Under the pieces are notes generated by a model. The model made no database searches. It worked only from the letters and a program-made list of their open reading frames with translations, and was not told where the DNA came from. A program made the translations under genes and the position numbers. This document shows, in pieces, positions 18,817 through 29,502 of a stretch of DNA of 64,000 bases. The stretch's first letter is position 1, and every line of letters starts with the position of its first letter. The stretch is from Promethearchaeota archaeon (GTDB lineage: Archaea > Asgardarchaeota > Lokiarchaeia > Sigyniarchaeales > SOKP01), in NCBI GenBank assembly GCA_016840085.1, contig JAEOTA010000081.1:207562-271561 (forward strand). Reading direction: 5' to 3'.

Positions 18817-20688
18817 ATTTACGGTTATATGGGAAAGATTTTACGAGTGAATTTAACAAATGGAAAGATTAGCGAAGAATTTCCCGATGAGGTAACATTG
18901 AAATTATATTTGGGTGGATCAGGATTAGCTACTAAATATTTAATTGATGAAGTCCCAAAAGGAATTGACCCACTCGGCCCTGAAAATAAGCTAATTTTTA
19001 TGACAGGGCCATTAACAGGAACTCCTTCTCCTAGTACGGGAAGATATAGTGTTGTTGCGAAGTCTCCTCTTACAATGGTATGGGGTGAAGCAAATTCTGC
19101 TGGTTTCTGGGGGCGTGATCTTAAGAGATCAGGTTTTGATGGCATAATTTTTGAAGGAATTTCCCCTAAACCAGTCTATCTTGTTACTGAAGATGGAAAG
19201 GCGGAACTTAGAGATGCTTCACATCTTTGGGGCAAAAATACTTCTGAAACTACAAGGATCATCAGAGAAGAACTAGGTGATAAATTTAATGTATCATGTA
19301 TAGGTATAGGTGGAGAAAATCTAGTTAAATATGCAGCAATAATGAATGATTGCGATAAACCTAATTATGGGCGAGCCGCAGGAAGATGTGGAATGGGCAC
19401 AGTAATGGGTTCTAAAAGAGTTAAAGCAATAGCATCAAAAGGCGATGCTAAGATTGAAGTGGCAAATCCCGATGAATATAAAGCAGAAGCTAAACAAAGA
19501 TATGATTGGGTAAATCAAAGTTTATTGAAAATGACTCTTGAAGTCTTCGGAACTGCTACTATGGTTGATTTAGTGAATATAAAGGGTGGCTTACCTACAA
19601 ATAACTGGCAAACTGGGGTTTTTCCAGCAGCTGATAAAATTAATGGGTCAGCAATTAATGAAACAATCCTTACAGGACGCAAACCATGTTTTGCTTGCCC
19701 AATAGCTTGCGGTCGACTTTCTGAAATTAAAGAAGGTAAATATAAAAGTGCGGGAGAGGGTCCAGAATATGAATCACTCGGAGCTTTAGGGACGATGTGT
19801 GGTGTAGATAATCTAGAAGCAATTACTTTGGCGCATTTCCTTTGTAATGAATATGGTCTTGATGTTATCTCTGCAGGAAATACTATTGGTTTTGCAATAG
19901 AATGTTTTGAAAAAGGTATTTTAACTAAAGAAGATACTGGAGGTCTTGAATTTAATTTTGGGAATGCTGATCTTGTTGTAGATCTTATTGCTTTAATTAG
20001 TAAAAGAGAAGGAATTGGTGATTTACTTGCTGAAGGAACAAGAAATATGGCAAAAAAGTTAGGAAAAGGATCTGAAAAATTTGCTATGCATGTTAAAGGG
20101 TTAGAACTTCCTGCTTATGATAGTAGAGCTGCTAAAATCACAGGATTAGCATATGCTACAGCAAATCGAGGAGGTTGTCATATTACGGGATACATAGAAG
20201 GTCCCGCTTTTTTATCAATGCCCTTTATGATTGTAGAAAATGCTATGGTAGGAGATGTTCTTTCAGAAAATCCAGAAGACACTAAGGTTGTTAAGGAATT
20301 TGAAGATGCTTTTGGAATATTTGATGCTATTGGGGGCTGCAAATTTATGGGAATGGTGTTAACTTCAGAAGATTGGGCATCACTTATTCAAAATCTTTTA
20401 GGGTATGCTTTTACCGCAGAAGATTTTGCAAAAACAGGAGAAAGGCTATACAATCTTGCTAGAGTTTATAATGTGCGAGAAGGGATAACTAGAGCTGATG
20501 ATACCTTACCTCCACGCTTGTTAGAAGAACCAATGCCTGAAGGTCCTGCTAAAGGAGAGAAAGTTAATCTAGATCCACTTTTAAATGCATATTATGAATA
20601 TCGTGGATGGGATAAAGATACTGGCATACCAACTAAAGAAAAACTCAAAGAACTCGGATTAGAGTGGGCTATTAAAGAAATTTATTAG
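18817..20688 (+). CDS. aor: Tungsten aldehyde:ferredoxin oxidoreductase family (start possibly ATT 18817; first ATG 18829)
   Basis: Motifs (M)YGYMGKILRVNL, AKSPLT, GRAAGRCG, CFACPIAC, EYES, TANRGGCH and DTLPPRL. GAGGTG lies 8 nt before the ATT. Confidence 0.93.
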   Translation: MYGYMGKILRVNLTNGKISEEFPDEVTLKLYLGGSGLATKYLIDEVPKGIDPLGPENKLIFMTGPLTGTPSPSTGRYSVVAKSPLTMVWGEANSAGFWGRDLKRSGFDGIIFEGISPKPVYLVTEDGKAELRDASHLWGKNTSETTRIIREELGDKFNVSCIGIGGENLVKYAAIMNDCDKPNYGRAAGRCGMGTVMGSKRVKAIASKGDAKIEVANPDEYKAEAKQRYDWVNQSLLKMTLEVFGTATMVDLVNIKGGLPTNNWQTGVFPAADKINGSAINETILTGRKPCFACPIACGRLSEIKEGKYKSAGEGPEYESLGALGTMCGVDNLEAITLAHFLCNEYGLDVISAGNTIGFAIECFEKGILTKEDTGGLEFNFGNADLVVDLIALISKREGIGDLLAEGTRNMAKKLGKGSEKFAMHVKGLELPAYDSRAAKITGLAYATANRGGCHITGYIEGPAFLSMPFMIVENAMVGDVLSENPEDTKVVKEFEDAFGIFDAIGGCKFMGMVLTSEDWASLIQNLLGYAFTAEDFAKTGERLYNLARVYNVREGITRADDTLPPRLLEEPMPEGPAKGEKVNLDPLLNAYYEYRGWDKDTGIPTKEKLKELGLEWAIKEIY

Positions 20689-20729
20689 AAATATTGTATA
20701 ATTTTAAATTAAAAGAGTGCGAAAAAATC

Positions 20730-22433
20730 ATGGCTGAAGAAGAAAAATTAACTTATGCTGATAAACCATGGAAAAAGAGTTATAAACTTGGACCTTTTAA
20801 GCTATTAGAAACTATGGCACCCTATCCTGAAATGTCAGTTTATAAATTTCTTGAGGATTCAGCTACCAACTTTCCTGAAAGTAAAGCAATTCATTTTATG
20901 GATAAAGTGATGACCTATGAGGAATTAAAATTACAAGTAGATAAATTTGCCACCGCATTATCAGATTTAGGGATAAAAAAAGGCGATAAAGTCGCAACAA
21001 TACTCCCAAATAGCCCCCAGTTCATAATAAGTGATTTTGCAATTTTACGACTAGGTGCAATTCATGTTCCTCTTAGCATACTGCATAAAGCTCCAGATTT
21101 ATTATATGAATTAGGTGAATCTAAAGCTGAAACTATAATCTGTTCGTATAGACGCCTTGAAAGAGTTAATGAAATAAAAGATAAGACTAATATAAAGACA
21201 ATAATTTATACATCAGTTCCAATTTTCCCTGATTATTCATTACCAGAAATAAAAGAGACATACGGAGCTATTCAATTTGAAGATTTAATGAACAAATATG
21301 AACCAAATCCCCCTGAAGTTGAGATAAATCCTAAAGAAGATCTTGCAGAATTACCTTTCACTGGAGGTACTACTGGTGTCCCAAAGGGTACTATGTTAAC
21401 TCATTATAATATTACTACGACTATTATCCAGACCTTTCATTGGTATTTGAAACCATTAGAGGTGGGGACAAGAGGAAAAGCTTCTGCAGTAATATGTGTC
21501 CCTATGTTTCATCAATATGGTCATATGATTGCATTTGCTTCCGTTTCAATGGGTTTTGGGATATATTTAGTCGATCCAAGAGATCTTGATAAAATTGTTG
21601 ATATCATAAAAAAACATCGACCTTTTATGGTTTGTGCTGTCCCCACTCACTACATGCTACTTATGGAGAAAGACTTACCAAAAATGCCCGTTTTTTATTA
21701 TTCTGCTGCTGCTGCTCTTCCTCCTGAAGTCGCTGAAAAATTTGAAAAAAAAACCGGAGTACCTTTGGGGGAAGGATATGGTATGACGGAGTCTGCTGTT
21801 ACACATATAAATCTCTCAGGTCTTTCAAAAGTTACAGGATTTATGTCAGAAGTAAAAAGAAGTGTTGGTATTCCTGTTCCTGATACCGATGTTAAACTTG
21901 TTAATCCCGATACAGGTGAAGAAGTTCCATTTGGTGAGCCTGGAGAAATAATTGTAAGGGGTCCACAACTTATGAAAGGATATTGGCCCACTCCTGGTAA
22001 AGGACTAACTGAAGATGGATGGATAGCAACAGGTGATATTGGAAAAATGGATGAGGATGGTTACTTTTATATAGTAGACCGAATTAAGGATATGATAAAT
22101 GTTTCAGGTATGAAAGTCTACTCAAGAGTATTTGAAGATCTTTTATATGAACATCCAGCAGTAAATGAAGCAGCGATTATAGGAATCCCAGATCCAGAAC
22201 GACCTGGAAGTGAAAGAGTAAAAGCTTTTATACAATTAAACCCGGGATATGCCAATAAAGTTACTGTTAATGAGTTAATCGAATATTGTAGAGAAAAATT
22301 TCCGCCATACGCAGTGCCGAAATCTATTGAGTTTAGGAAAACTCTACCATTAACATTAGCAATGAAAATTTTTAAGAGAAAACTCAGGGACGAAGAAATC
22401 GCTAAAATGAAAGAAAAGGGAGAAATTAAATAA
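20730..22433 (+). CDS. Long-chain fatty-acid-CoA ligase (AMP-forming)
   Basis: Motifs FTGGTTGVPKG, GYGMTE, GPQLMKGYW, TGDIG and DRIKDMI. The start was moved to ATG 20730. Confidence 0.9.
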   Translation: MAEEEKLTYADKPWKKSYKLGPFKLLETMAPYPEMSVYKFLEDSATNFPESKAIHFMDKVMTYEELKLQVDKFATALSDLGIKKGDKVATILPNSPQFIISDFAILRLGAIHVPLSILHKAPDLLYELGESKAETIICSYRRLERVNEIKDKTNIKTIIYTSVPIFPDYSLPEIKETYGAIQFEDLMNKYEPNPPEVEINPKEDLAELPFTGGTTGVPKGTMLTHYNITTTIIQTFHWYLKPLEVGTRGKASAVICVPMFHQYGHMIAFASVSMGFGIYLVDPRDLDKIVDIIKKHRPFMVCAVPTHYMLLMEKDLPKMPVFYYSAAAALPPEVAEKFEKKTGVPLGEGYGMTESAVTHINLSGLSKVTGFMSEVKRSVGIPVPDTDVKLVNPDTGEEVPFGEPGEIIVRGPQLMKGYWPTPGKGLTEDGWIATGDIGKMDEDGYFYIVDRIKDMINVSGMKVYSRVFEDLLYEHPAVNEAAIIGIPDPERPGSERVKAFIQLNPGYANKVTVNELIEYCREKFPPYAVPKSIEFRKTLPLTLAMKIFKRKLRDEEIAKMKEKGEIK

Positions 22434-22599
22434 GGAATAATAAAGTAATCTACATTAACAATATAAATATATATTTTAGTATATCTGCATTTTTTTTATT
22501 AAAAACTAGAATATTTATTAAACTCTTTATTAATTAAAATATACAAATAAATAACCTAACTTAAAAATTAGTTTAAAATTTTAAATCTAAGTGATAATT

Positions 22600-23022
22600 A
22601 TGAAATTTGGATCAGATGAATGGGCTAAAGCGTTTTGCAAAGCGGTAAATGAAAATCAGAACTATAGAGATGCAGCTGGACCAGAAGGATTCCCCCCTGA
22701 TGGATGGGAAGGTGATTTTCTATTTGCTGTGGAGCCTTCGGGGAATTTAGATCATGAAATTAAGATGTTTGTGGGACTTTATCATGGAGAATGCACAGGT
22801 GCTAGGGTAGTAGAAGAAGGAGAAGAAGTAGAGACTGAATATGTATATTCAGGGCCCTATGATGCTTGGGTTCAAGTTTTAAAGAAAGAATTAGATCCCA
22901 TCAGGGGACTACTCGCTGGAAAGTTTAAGTTAAAAGGAGACATGGCTAAAATTTTGAAAGCTACACGAGCAGCTCAAGAATTAGTTGTTTCTACTACTAT
23001 GATTGATACAGAATTTTATTAA
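22600..23022 (+). CDS. SCP2 sterol/lipid-binding domain protein
   Basis: Motifs FGSDEW, WEGDF, LYHGEC and LDPIRGLLAGKFKLKGD. Confidence 0.85.
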   Translation: MKFGSDEWAKAFCKAVNENQNYRDAAGPEGFPPDGWEGDFLFAVEPSGNLDHEIKMFVGLYHGECTGARVVEEGEEVETEYVYSGPYDAWVQVLKKELDPIRGLLAGKFKLKGDMAKILKATRAAQELVVSTTMIDTEFY

Positions 23023-23089
23023 TCATAACGAAGATTTATTTAATCTTTTTTATTTTTTATTTTATCTTAAATTGGTTTTGAATTATAGG

Positions 23090-23899
23090 ATGTCTTCTCT
23101 CAGTAAGAACTTATCTGAACTCACAACTAAGCAAATCTATTTTTTTGATTTAGATGGAACCATATATTTAGGAGATAAATTATTTGAGGGAGTTATAGAC
23201 TTAATTGAATTATTAAGAGCAAAAGGAAAGAATTTTTATTTTCTTTCAAATAATTCAAGTATTTCAACAAATGATTATCTTAAGAAGTTGAACAACTTTA
23301 ATCTTAACATAACTCGAGAAAATCTTATATTATCTCAACATCCTACTATTGATTATCTAAAGAAGAATAAAATCAAAAAAATTTTCTTACTAGGTACTCA
23401 ATCATTAAAACAAGAATTCACGCAAGAGGATTTTGAATTAACAGAAGAAGATCCAGAGATTCTTGTATTAGCTTTCGATAAGGAATTAACTTACGATCGA
23501 TTGGTTAAAGCTACTCAATTTCTCTTAAAAGATAATTTAGCATACATTGCTACTCATTTAGATAATAAATGTCCTACTGAAAATAGTTACATCCCAGACG
23601 CAGGAGGGATTGCTGCTCTATTATATAAGGCTACGGATAGAATGCCCAGAGTTTTTGGGAAGCCTAATAAAGATATGCTTTTATTTAAATTAGAACAATT
23701 AGGGATAGTACCTAAAGATTCTGTAATGGTTGGCGATAGATTATATACTGATATTAAAATGGGGAAAGAAGCAGGAGTAACAACTTGTTGTGTATTATCT
23801 GGAGAAATAACATTAGAAATGATAAAAAATAGTGAATATAAACCTGATTTCATAATAAATGGAATTTGGGAATTATTAGAAGAATTTAATAAAATTTAA
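23090..23899 (+). CDS. HAD-IIA (NagD-like) phosphatase
   Basis: Motifs FDLDGT, SNNS, GKP and MVGDRLYTDI. The likely start is ATG 23090. Confidence 0.9.
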   Translation: MSSLSKNLSELTTKQIYFFDLDGTIYLGDKLFEGVIDLIELLRAKGKNFYFLSNNSSISTNDYLKKLNNFNLNITRENLILSQHPTIDYLKKNKIKKIFLLGTQSLKQEFTQEDFELTEEDPEILVLAFDKELTYDRLVKATQFLLKDNLAYIATHLDNKCPTENSYIPDAGGIAALLYKATDRMPRVFGKPNKDMLLFKLEQLGIVPKDSVMVGDRLYTDIKMGKEAGVTTCCVLSGEITLEMIKNSEYKPDFIINGIWELLEEFNKI

Positions 23900-24065
23900 C
23901 ATAATAATCTTATGATGAGTTTTTTTTTTTAGAAAATTTTTTTTCCTTATTGAAATTACTATATTCAGAAATAATATCTAAAGTATATGCATAAAATATA
24001 AAAATTTAATGAATTGTCTTTAATTTAATAATTCTTGATCATAATAGAAATTTTGGGAAAAAAAA

Positions 24066-26756
24066 ATGACTATCAGTGAAAATAAATTTGTCTATGATTT
24101 TAGCGAAGGTAATAAGGATTTAAAGAATTTACTCGGTGGAAAAGGAGCAAACCTGGCTGAAATGACAAAATTAGGTTTAAACATCCCACCAGGATTCACA
24201 ATTACAACTGAAGCTTGCTTGTTATATTTCAGTGATCCTAAAGGTATGATGGAAAAACTAAAACCAACTGTGATGAAATATTTAAAAGCATTAGAGGAAA
24301 ACACAGGAAAGGAATTTGGAGACAATAAAAACCCTCTTTTGGTAAGTGTACGAAGCGGGGCGCCGCAGAGCATGCCTGGAATGATGGACACAGTTCTGAA
24401 CTTAGGATTAAACGACCAGAGTGTATTGGGCTTAGCAGAACAAACTGAAAATCCACGTTTTGCTTATGACAGTTACAGACGCTTTATTCAGATGTTTGGG
24501 GACGTAGTAATGGGGATTGGGGATGAAAAATTCGAAAGGATATTAAATAAATATAAAAGAACGATCGGGAGGAATGCCCAAGATACTGATTTAGGGGTTA
24601 TGGATTTACAAAAAGTAATTGCTGATTATAAAGCATTATATGAAAAAGAAATTGGTTCAGCATTCCCTCAAGATCCGTTTGAACAATTATTTCTAGCAAT
24701 TGAAGCAGTATTCAAATCTTGGAATAATAGGCGAGCAATTACTTATAGAAAGATTAACAATATTCCTGATTTTGGAACAGCTGTTAATATTCAAGCAATG
24801 GCATTTGGTAATAAAGGATGGAATTCTGCTACAGGTGTTGTTTTTACAAGAGATCCTTCAACTGGAGAAAATAGAAAGTTTGGTGAGTATTTAACAAACG
24901 CGCAAGGGGAGGATGTTGTTGCGGGTATAAGGACTCCAAAAAAATTTGAAGATATGAAGGAAGAGTTTCCAGAGATTTATTCAGAATTATTGGGAACTAT
25001 GGAAAAATTAGAAAAACACTATAGAGATATGCAAGATATTGAATTTACAATTGAAGATGGGAAACTCAATATTTTGCAAACTAGAAATGGGAAACGTACA
25101 CCTTCAGCAGAAGTAAAAATAGCTGTTGATATGGTTAAAGAAGGATTAATTACAAAAGAAAAAGCACTATTAGGGGTAGATCCAAAAAAAGTATCTAAAT
25201 TATTATTTAAAAGTATAGATGAGAATTCTATAGTGCATGTACTCGCTCATGGAATTAATGCGTCCCCTGGTGCAGTTTCTGGGATTGCGATTTTTGATCC
25301 AGATACAGCAGAAGAATTAGCAAATCAAGGTCAAAAAGAAATAATTTTAGTTAGACCACAAACAAAACCAGATGATGTTCATGGTTTATATGCAGCTAGT
25401 GGAGTTTTAACGCAATTTGGTGGAAAAACATCTCATGCAGCAGTTGTTGCAAGAGGGATGGGAAAACCCGCGGTTGTAGGATGTTCTGATATAGAGATTT
25501 ACGAAGAGGAAAAGGAATTTAGAGTTGCGGACATGGTTGTTAGAGAGGGTGATTATATAACAATAGATGGAACCACTGGACGTGTTATCGAAGGAAAAGT
25601 TCCTTTAATTGAGCCTGAAATTAAAGGAGAATTCCTAGAGTTATTAGAAATTGCTGATAAGCTAAAAACTCTCGGAGTTAGAGCTAATGCAGATACTCCT
25701 GCCGATGCTCTAAAAGCATTAGAATTTGGAGCAGAAGGGATAGGACTGTGTAGAACTGAACATATGTTTATGGCACAAGATAGGTTACCGGTGGTGCAAA
25801 AGATGATAATGGCAAGGACGTTAGAAGAACGTCAAGATGCGCTTAATAAAATTTTACCGATGCAGAAAGGTGATTTTCTTGAAATATTTAAAATCATGGA
25901 AGGAAAGCCAGTAACCATTAGATTATTAGATCCTCCATTACATGAATTTCTACCTGAATTAACCACGGTTCAATTAGAAAGCCAAGAACTAAAAATGACA
26001 AATGCGTTATCAAGATCATTACTTAATATTAGTCCATTAGATAATGAAATCACTGAAAAGAAAAAGGTTATTAGCTTAATCAGATCACTTTCGGAAGAAA
26101 ATCCTATGATGGGACTAAGAGGTTGTAGATTAGGAATTGTGTGGCCTGAAATCAATGAAATGCAGGTTAAAGCAATGTTTCAAGCTGCCTGTGAATTAAA
26201 ACAACAAGGTATAAATGTTATTCCAGAGGTGATGATTCCCCTTGTAGGGATGATCTCTGAATTACAATTCGTGAAAGCTCAATTAATGCAGGTCGCTTTA
26301 GAAACAATAAATGAATATAATGTAGATCTTGAATATAAGTTTGGTACAATGATAGAAATACCAAGAGCAGCTTTAACTGCTGATGAAATTGCGATTGAAG
26401 CAGAATTCTTTTCATTTGGAACTAACGATCTAACACAGATGACGTTTGGTTTTTCTCGTGATGATGCTGAAGGTAAGTTCCTACCTATCTACTTAAATAA
26501 AGAAATATTAGAAAATAATCCATTTGAGATTCTTGACCAAGAGGGCGTTGGAAAACTAATGAAAATGGCTATCGAGCTTGGTAGAAAGACAAGACCAGAT
26601 TTAAAGACAGGTATTTGTGGAGAACACGGTGGCGAACCCAGTTCTATTAAATTTGCTCATTTAATTGGCTTAGATTACGTTTCTTGTTCTCCTTTTAGAA
26701 TCCCAGTTGCTAGAATTGCAGCAGCACAAGCTTCAATTGAAAATAAGAAAGCCTAG
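24066..26756 (+). CDS. ppdK: Pyruvate, phosphate dikinase
   Basis: Motifs LGGKGANLAEM, SVRSGA, NAQGEDVVAG, TSHAAVVARG, GLCRTEHMF and GICGEHGG. Confidence 0.97.
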   Translation: MTISENKFVYDFSEGNKDLKNLLGGKGANLAEMTKLGLNIPPGFTITTEACLLYFSDPKGMMEKLKPTVMKYLKALEENTGKEFGDNKNPLLVSVRSGAPQSMPGMMDTVLNLGLNDQSVLGLAEQTENPRFAYDSYRRFIQMFGDVVMGIGDEKFERILNKYKRTIGRNAQDTDLGVMDLQKVIADYKALYEKEIGSAFPQDPFEQLFLAIEAVFKSWNNRRAITYRKINNIPDFGTAVNIQAMAFGNKGWNSATGVVFTRDPSTGENRKFGEYLTNAQGEDVVAGIRTPKKFEDMKEEFPEIYSELLGTMEKLEKHYRDMQDIEFTIEDGKLNILQTRNGKRTPSAEVKIAVDMVKEGLITKEKALLGVDPKKVSKLLFKSIDENSIVHVLAHGINASPGAVSGIAIFDPDTAEELANQGQKEIILVRPQTKPDDVHGLYAASGVLTQFGGKTSHAAVVARGMGKPAVVGCSDIEIYEEEKEFRVADMVVREGDYITIDGTTGRVIEGKVPLIEPEIKGEFLELLEIADKLKTLGVRANADTPADALKALEFGAEGIGLCRTEHMFMAQDRLPVVQKMIMARTLEERQDALNKILPMQKGDFLEIFKIMEGKPVTIRLLDPPLHEFLPELTTVQLESQELKMTNALSRSLLNISPLDNEITEKKKVISLIRSLSEENPMMGLRGCRLGIVWPEINEMQVKAMFQAACELKQQGINVIPEVMIPLVGMISELQFVKAQLMQVALETINEYNVDLEYKFGTMIEIPRAALTADEIAIEAEFFSFGTNDLTQMTFGFSRDDAEGKFLPIYLNKEILENNPFEILDQEGVGKLMKMAIELGRKTRPDLKTGICGEHGGEPSSIKFAHLIGLDYVSCSPFRIPVARIAAAQASIENKKA

Positions 26757-26894
26757 ATCCTTTTTTAATCTATTATCTTTAATTTTGTATCAAGCAAATA
26801 TTAGGATAAATATACTCTTTGTATTTTTAAATCCGTAAATGTTATATCAATTAATTTATTTACTAATTTATATAATATTAAAGTGAATGATAAT

Positions 26895-27998
26895 ATGCCT
26901 TTAACTTTAGATGAAAAGATTGCTCTATTAAAAGAAGTTGGAGAAGAAATCATTGAATTAAATGAATTAAAAGAAATGATTCAATGGAAAATTGATCATA
27001 ATGAGGAAATCTATGCTTATGATGGATTTGAACCTTCTGGAGTGTTGACCATCGCTCAAGGGCTTTTAAGAGCAATTAATGTTAATAAAATTACTAAAGC
27101 AGGGATCAAATTCAAATTTTTAGTAGCCGATTGGCACGCTGCTGCCAATTTAAAATTTGGGGGGGATTTAGCAGTTATCAAGAAAGTAGGAGATTTCTTG
27201 ATTGAAACATGGAAAGTATGTAATATGGATTTAAGCAATGTTGAATTTATTTATGCTTCTGATCTAGTAAAAGAATCTTCATATTGGGAATTGGTATTAA
27301 AAATAGCTATTAATAGTTCCTTAAACAGAGTTAAAAGATGTACTCAAATAATGGGAAGAAGTGAGTCAGAAAAGCTTTCTGCTTCACAAATTCTTTATCC
27401 TTTAATGCAAGCAGCAGATATTTTCTATCTTCCTGCAGATATATGCCAACTAGGAATGGATCAAAGAAAAGTAAATATGTTAGCAAGAGAGCTTGCAAAA
27501 AGGTTGGATAGACCAAAACCTGTTGCAATTCATCATCATATGTTAATGGGATTATATAAACCACCTGCTACTGATTTGAACGGAATAGAAAGAACAATAG
27601 AAATCAAAATGTCAAAATCGGACCCAGATTCAGCTGTTTTTATGTTAGATTCTCCAGATGATGTAAAACGCAAAGTAAATAAGGCATATTGTCCTCCTAA
27701 ACAAGTTGTTGAAAATCCTGTCCTGGAATATTGCAAATATATAATTTTCGAGCTTGTTGATGTTTTTAAAGTCGAGAGACCTGAAAAATATGGTGGTAAT
27801 GTTGAATATCTCTCATATGAGGAGCTGGAAAAAGATTACCATGAAGGAAAGTTGAATCCACCCGATTTGAAACCAGCAGTAATATATTATTTAAACCAAT
27901 TATTAAAACCAGTAATAGAACATTTTGAAAAAGATGAAAATGCCCATAAATTATATGAATTTGTCCAAGCAGAATATAAAAAACATAGAACTAACTAA
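26895..27998 (+). CDS. tyrS: Tyrosine-tRNA ligase (archaeal/eukaryotic type)
   Basis: Motifs YDGFEPSG, ADWHA, YPLMQAADI, LGMDQRKVN and KMSKS. Confidence 0.93.
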   Translation: MPLTLDEKIALLKEVGEEIIELNELKEMIQWKIDHNEEIYAYDGFEPSGVLTIAQGLLRAINVNKITKAGIKFKFLVADWHAAANLKFGGDLAVIKKVGDFLIETWKVCNMDLSNVEFIYASDLVKESSYWELVLKIAINSSLNRVKRCTQIMGRSESEKLSASQILYPLMQAADIFYLPADICQLGMDQRKVNMLARELAKRLDRPKPVAIHHHMLMGLYKPPATDLNGIERTIEIKMSKSDPDSAVFMLDSPDDVKRKVNKAYCPPKQVVENPVLEYCKYIIFELVDVFKVERPEKYGGNVEYLSYEELEKDYHEGKLNPPDLKPAVIYYLNQLLKPVIEHFEKDENAHKLYEFVQAEYKKHRTN

Positions 27999-28020
27999 AA
28001 AACAGAAGAGGAGTATTAAA

Positions 28021-29487
28021 ATGTCAGATAATCATGTAGTTGATATATTTTTGAATCCAAAATCAGTAGCAGTAATTGGAGCATCAAAAAACCCTATGAA
28101 GGGTGGATATCGTATTATAAATAATCTAATCGTCAACAATTATAAAGGAAAGATCTTTCCTGTGAATCCTAACTCAGATGGTGAAGTTTTCAATTTAAAA
28201 TTTAAGAAATCAATATTAGAAATTGAAGAAGAAGTCGATTTAGCAATTTTTTATGTAGCTAACCGGATTATTCCAGAAATATTAAGAGATTGTATCAATA
28301 AACGTGTTAAAGCAGCACTTATTGAAACGTCAGGATTTGAAGAAGTGGGGGAAAAAGGACTTAAATTGAGAGATGAAATATTGAAAATAACAGATAGTTT
28401 TTCTAAGATACGGATTGTAGGTCCGAATTGTATGGGTCTCACAAAGATTGATGGAGATAGTGATAGTGAAGAAAGAGGTGGATTTTTTTCAGGTTTTGGT
28501 GTTTTTAATAAATATCGACGAGGAAACATAGCAATTATAACTCAATCAGGAATGTTAAATGGAGGATATCTAATGAACCTGATGCGAAATTACCCTGATT
28601 TAGGAATTAGATATTCATGTTCAATAGGTAATAAAATGGATTTAAGTGAAATAGAATTTTTGGAGTACTTTCTTGATGATCCTACTGTAAATGTTATAGC
28701 TTTGTATCTTGAATCTTTTAAAGATCCTCGGAAATTTATTGAATTATGTAAGAAAACGAAAAAAATTCCTAATAAAACAATTATATTATTAAAAGGCGGA
28801 ATCACACCTTTAGGGCAAAAAGCTTCTTTAAGTCATACAGGTTCGCTAGCAGAAAGTAATCAACTAATCAATGCTATAATTAAACAATCAGGTATAATTC
28901 AAGCAGAAAATTTGCACGATTTATTTCAATACACCAGAACCTTTTCAATGATATATAAATCTGGAAAAAAATTACCTACATATGGTAAAGTATCTATGAT
29001 GGCAGGATCTGGTGGAGCTGGCACTATTTCTGCTGATCTAACAATGAAATATGGATTAACCTTTCCAATTATGGGAGAAAAGACATATCAGGTTTTGAAA
29101 GATCTCTATCCTGAATGGATGCCTCCAAATCGATTCGCACTTCTAGATTTATGGCCAACATTTGAAAAAGCGATGATGAACAACATCAGTCAAAAAGATG
29201 TAATGACAAAGATTTGGAAAGCAGTATTAGATGATCCTAAAATTGAAGGAGTCTTTAATATGATGTTCGTATCAAAGCGATTTAGTAATAGGTATGATGT
29301 TGAAGAAATGACACAGTATAAAACAGATAAGATAATATTTATGTGGATGGTTGGTGATATTCACGGAGTTCAGCGTATGACAAAATTATTTAATAAAAAT
29401 AATATCCCTACTTTTCCGTCATTAGAAGAGATGATAAAAAATTTCTCAATATTAGTTCAAGAGTCAAAAAGTAAAAGTAAAAAATAA
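28021..29487 (+). CDS. ADP-forming acyl/acetate-CoA ligase alpha subunit
   Basis: Motifs FLNPKSVAVIGAS, GPNCMG, TQSG, GNKMD and the phospho-His motif SHTGSLA. Confidence 0.88.
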   Translation: MSDNHVVDIFLNPKSVAVIGASKNPMKGGYRIINNLIVNNYKGKIFPVNPNSDGEVFNLKFKKSILEIEEEVDLAIFYVANRIIPEILRDCINKRVKAALIETSGFEEVGEKGLKLRDEILKITDSFSKIRIVGPNCMGLTKIDGDSDSEERGGFFSGFGVFNKYRRGNIAIITQSGMLNGGYLMNLMRNYPDLGIRYSCSIGNKMDLSEIEFLEYFLDDPTVNVIALYLESFKDPRKFIELCKKTKKIPNKTIILLKGGITPLGQKASLSHTGSLAESNQLINAIIKQSGIIQAENLHDLFQYTRTFSMIYKSGKKLPTYGKVSMMAGSGGAGTISADLTMKYGLTFPIMGEKTYQVLKDLYPEWMPPNRFALLDLWPTFEKAMMNNISQKDVMTKIWKAVLDDPKIEGVFNMMFVSKRFSNRYDVEEMTQYKTDKIIFMWMVGDIHGVQRMTKLFNKNNIPTFPSLEEMIKNFSILVQESKSKSKK

Positions 29488-29502
29488 TACGGTTATAATA
29501 CT

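Noticed and set aside
23003-23089. Tracked N-terminal extensions overlapping upstream genes (HAD 23003, ACD-alpha 27925, membrane protein 57757)
   Set aside because: Downstream ATGs (23090, 28021, 57826) fit family length and spacing better.
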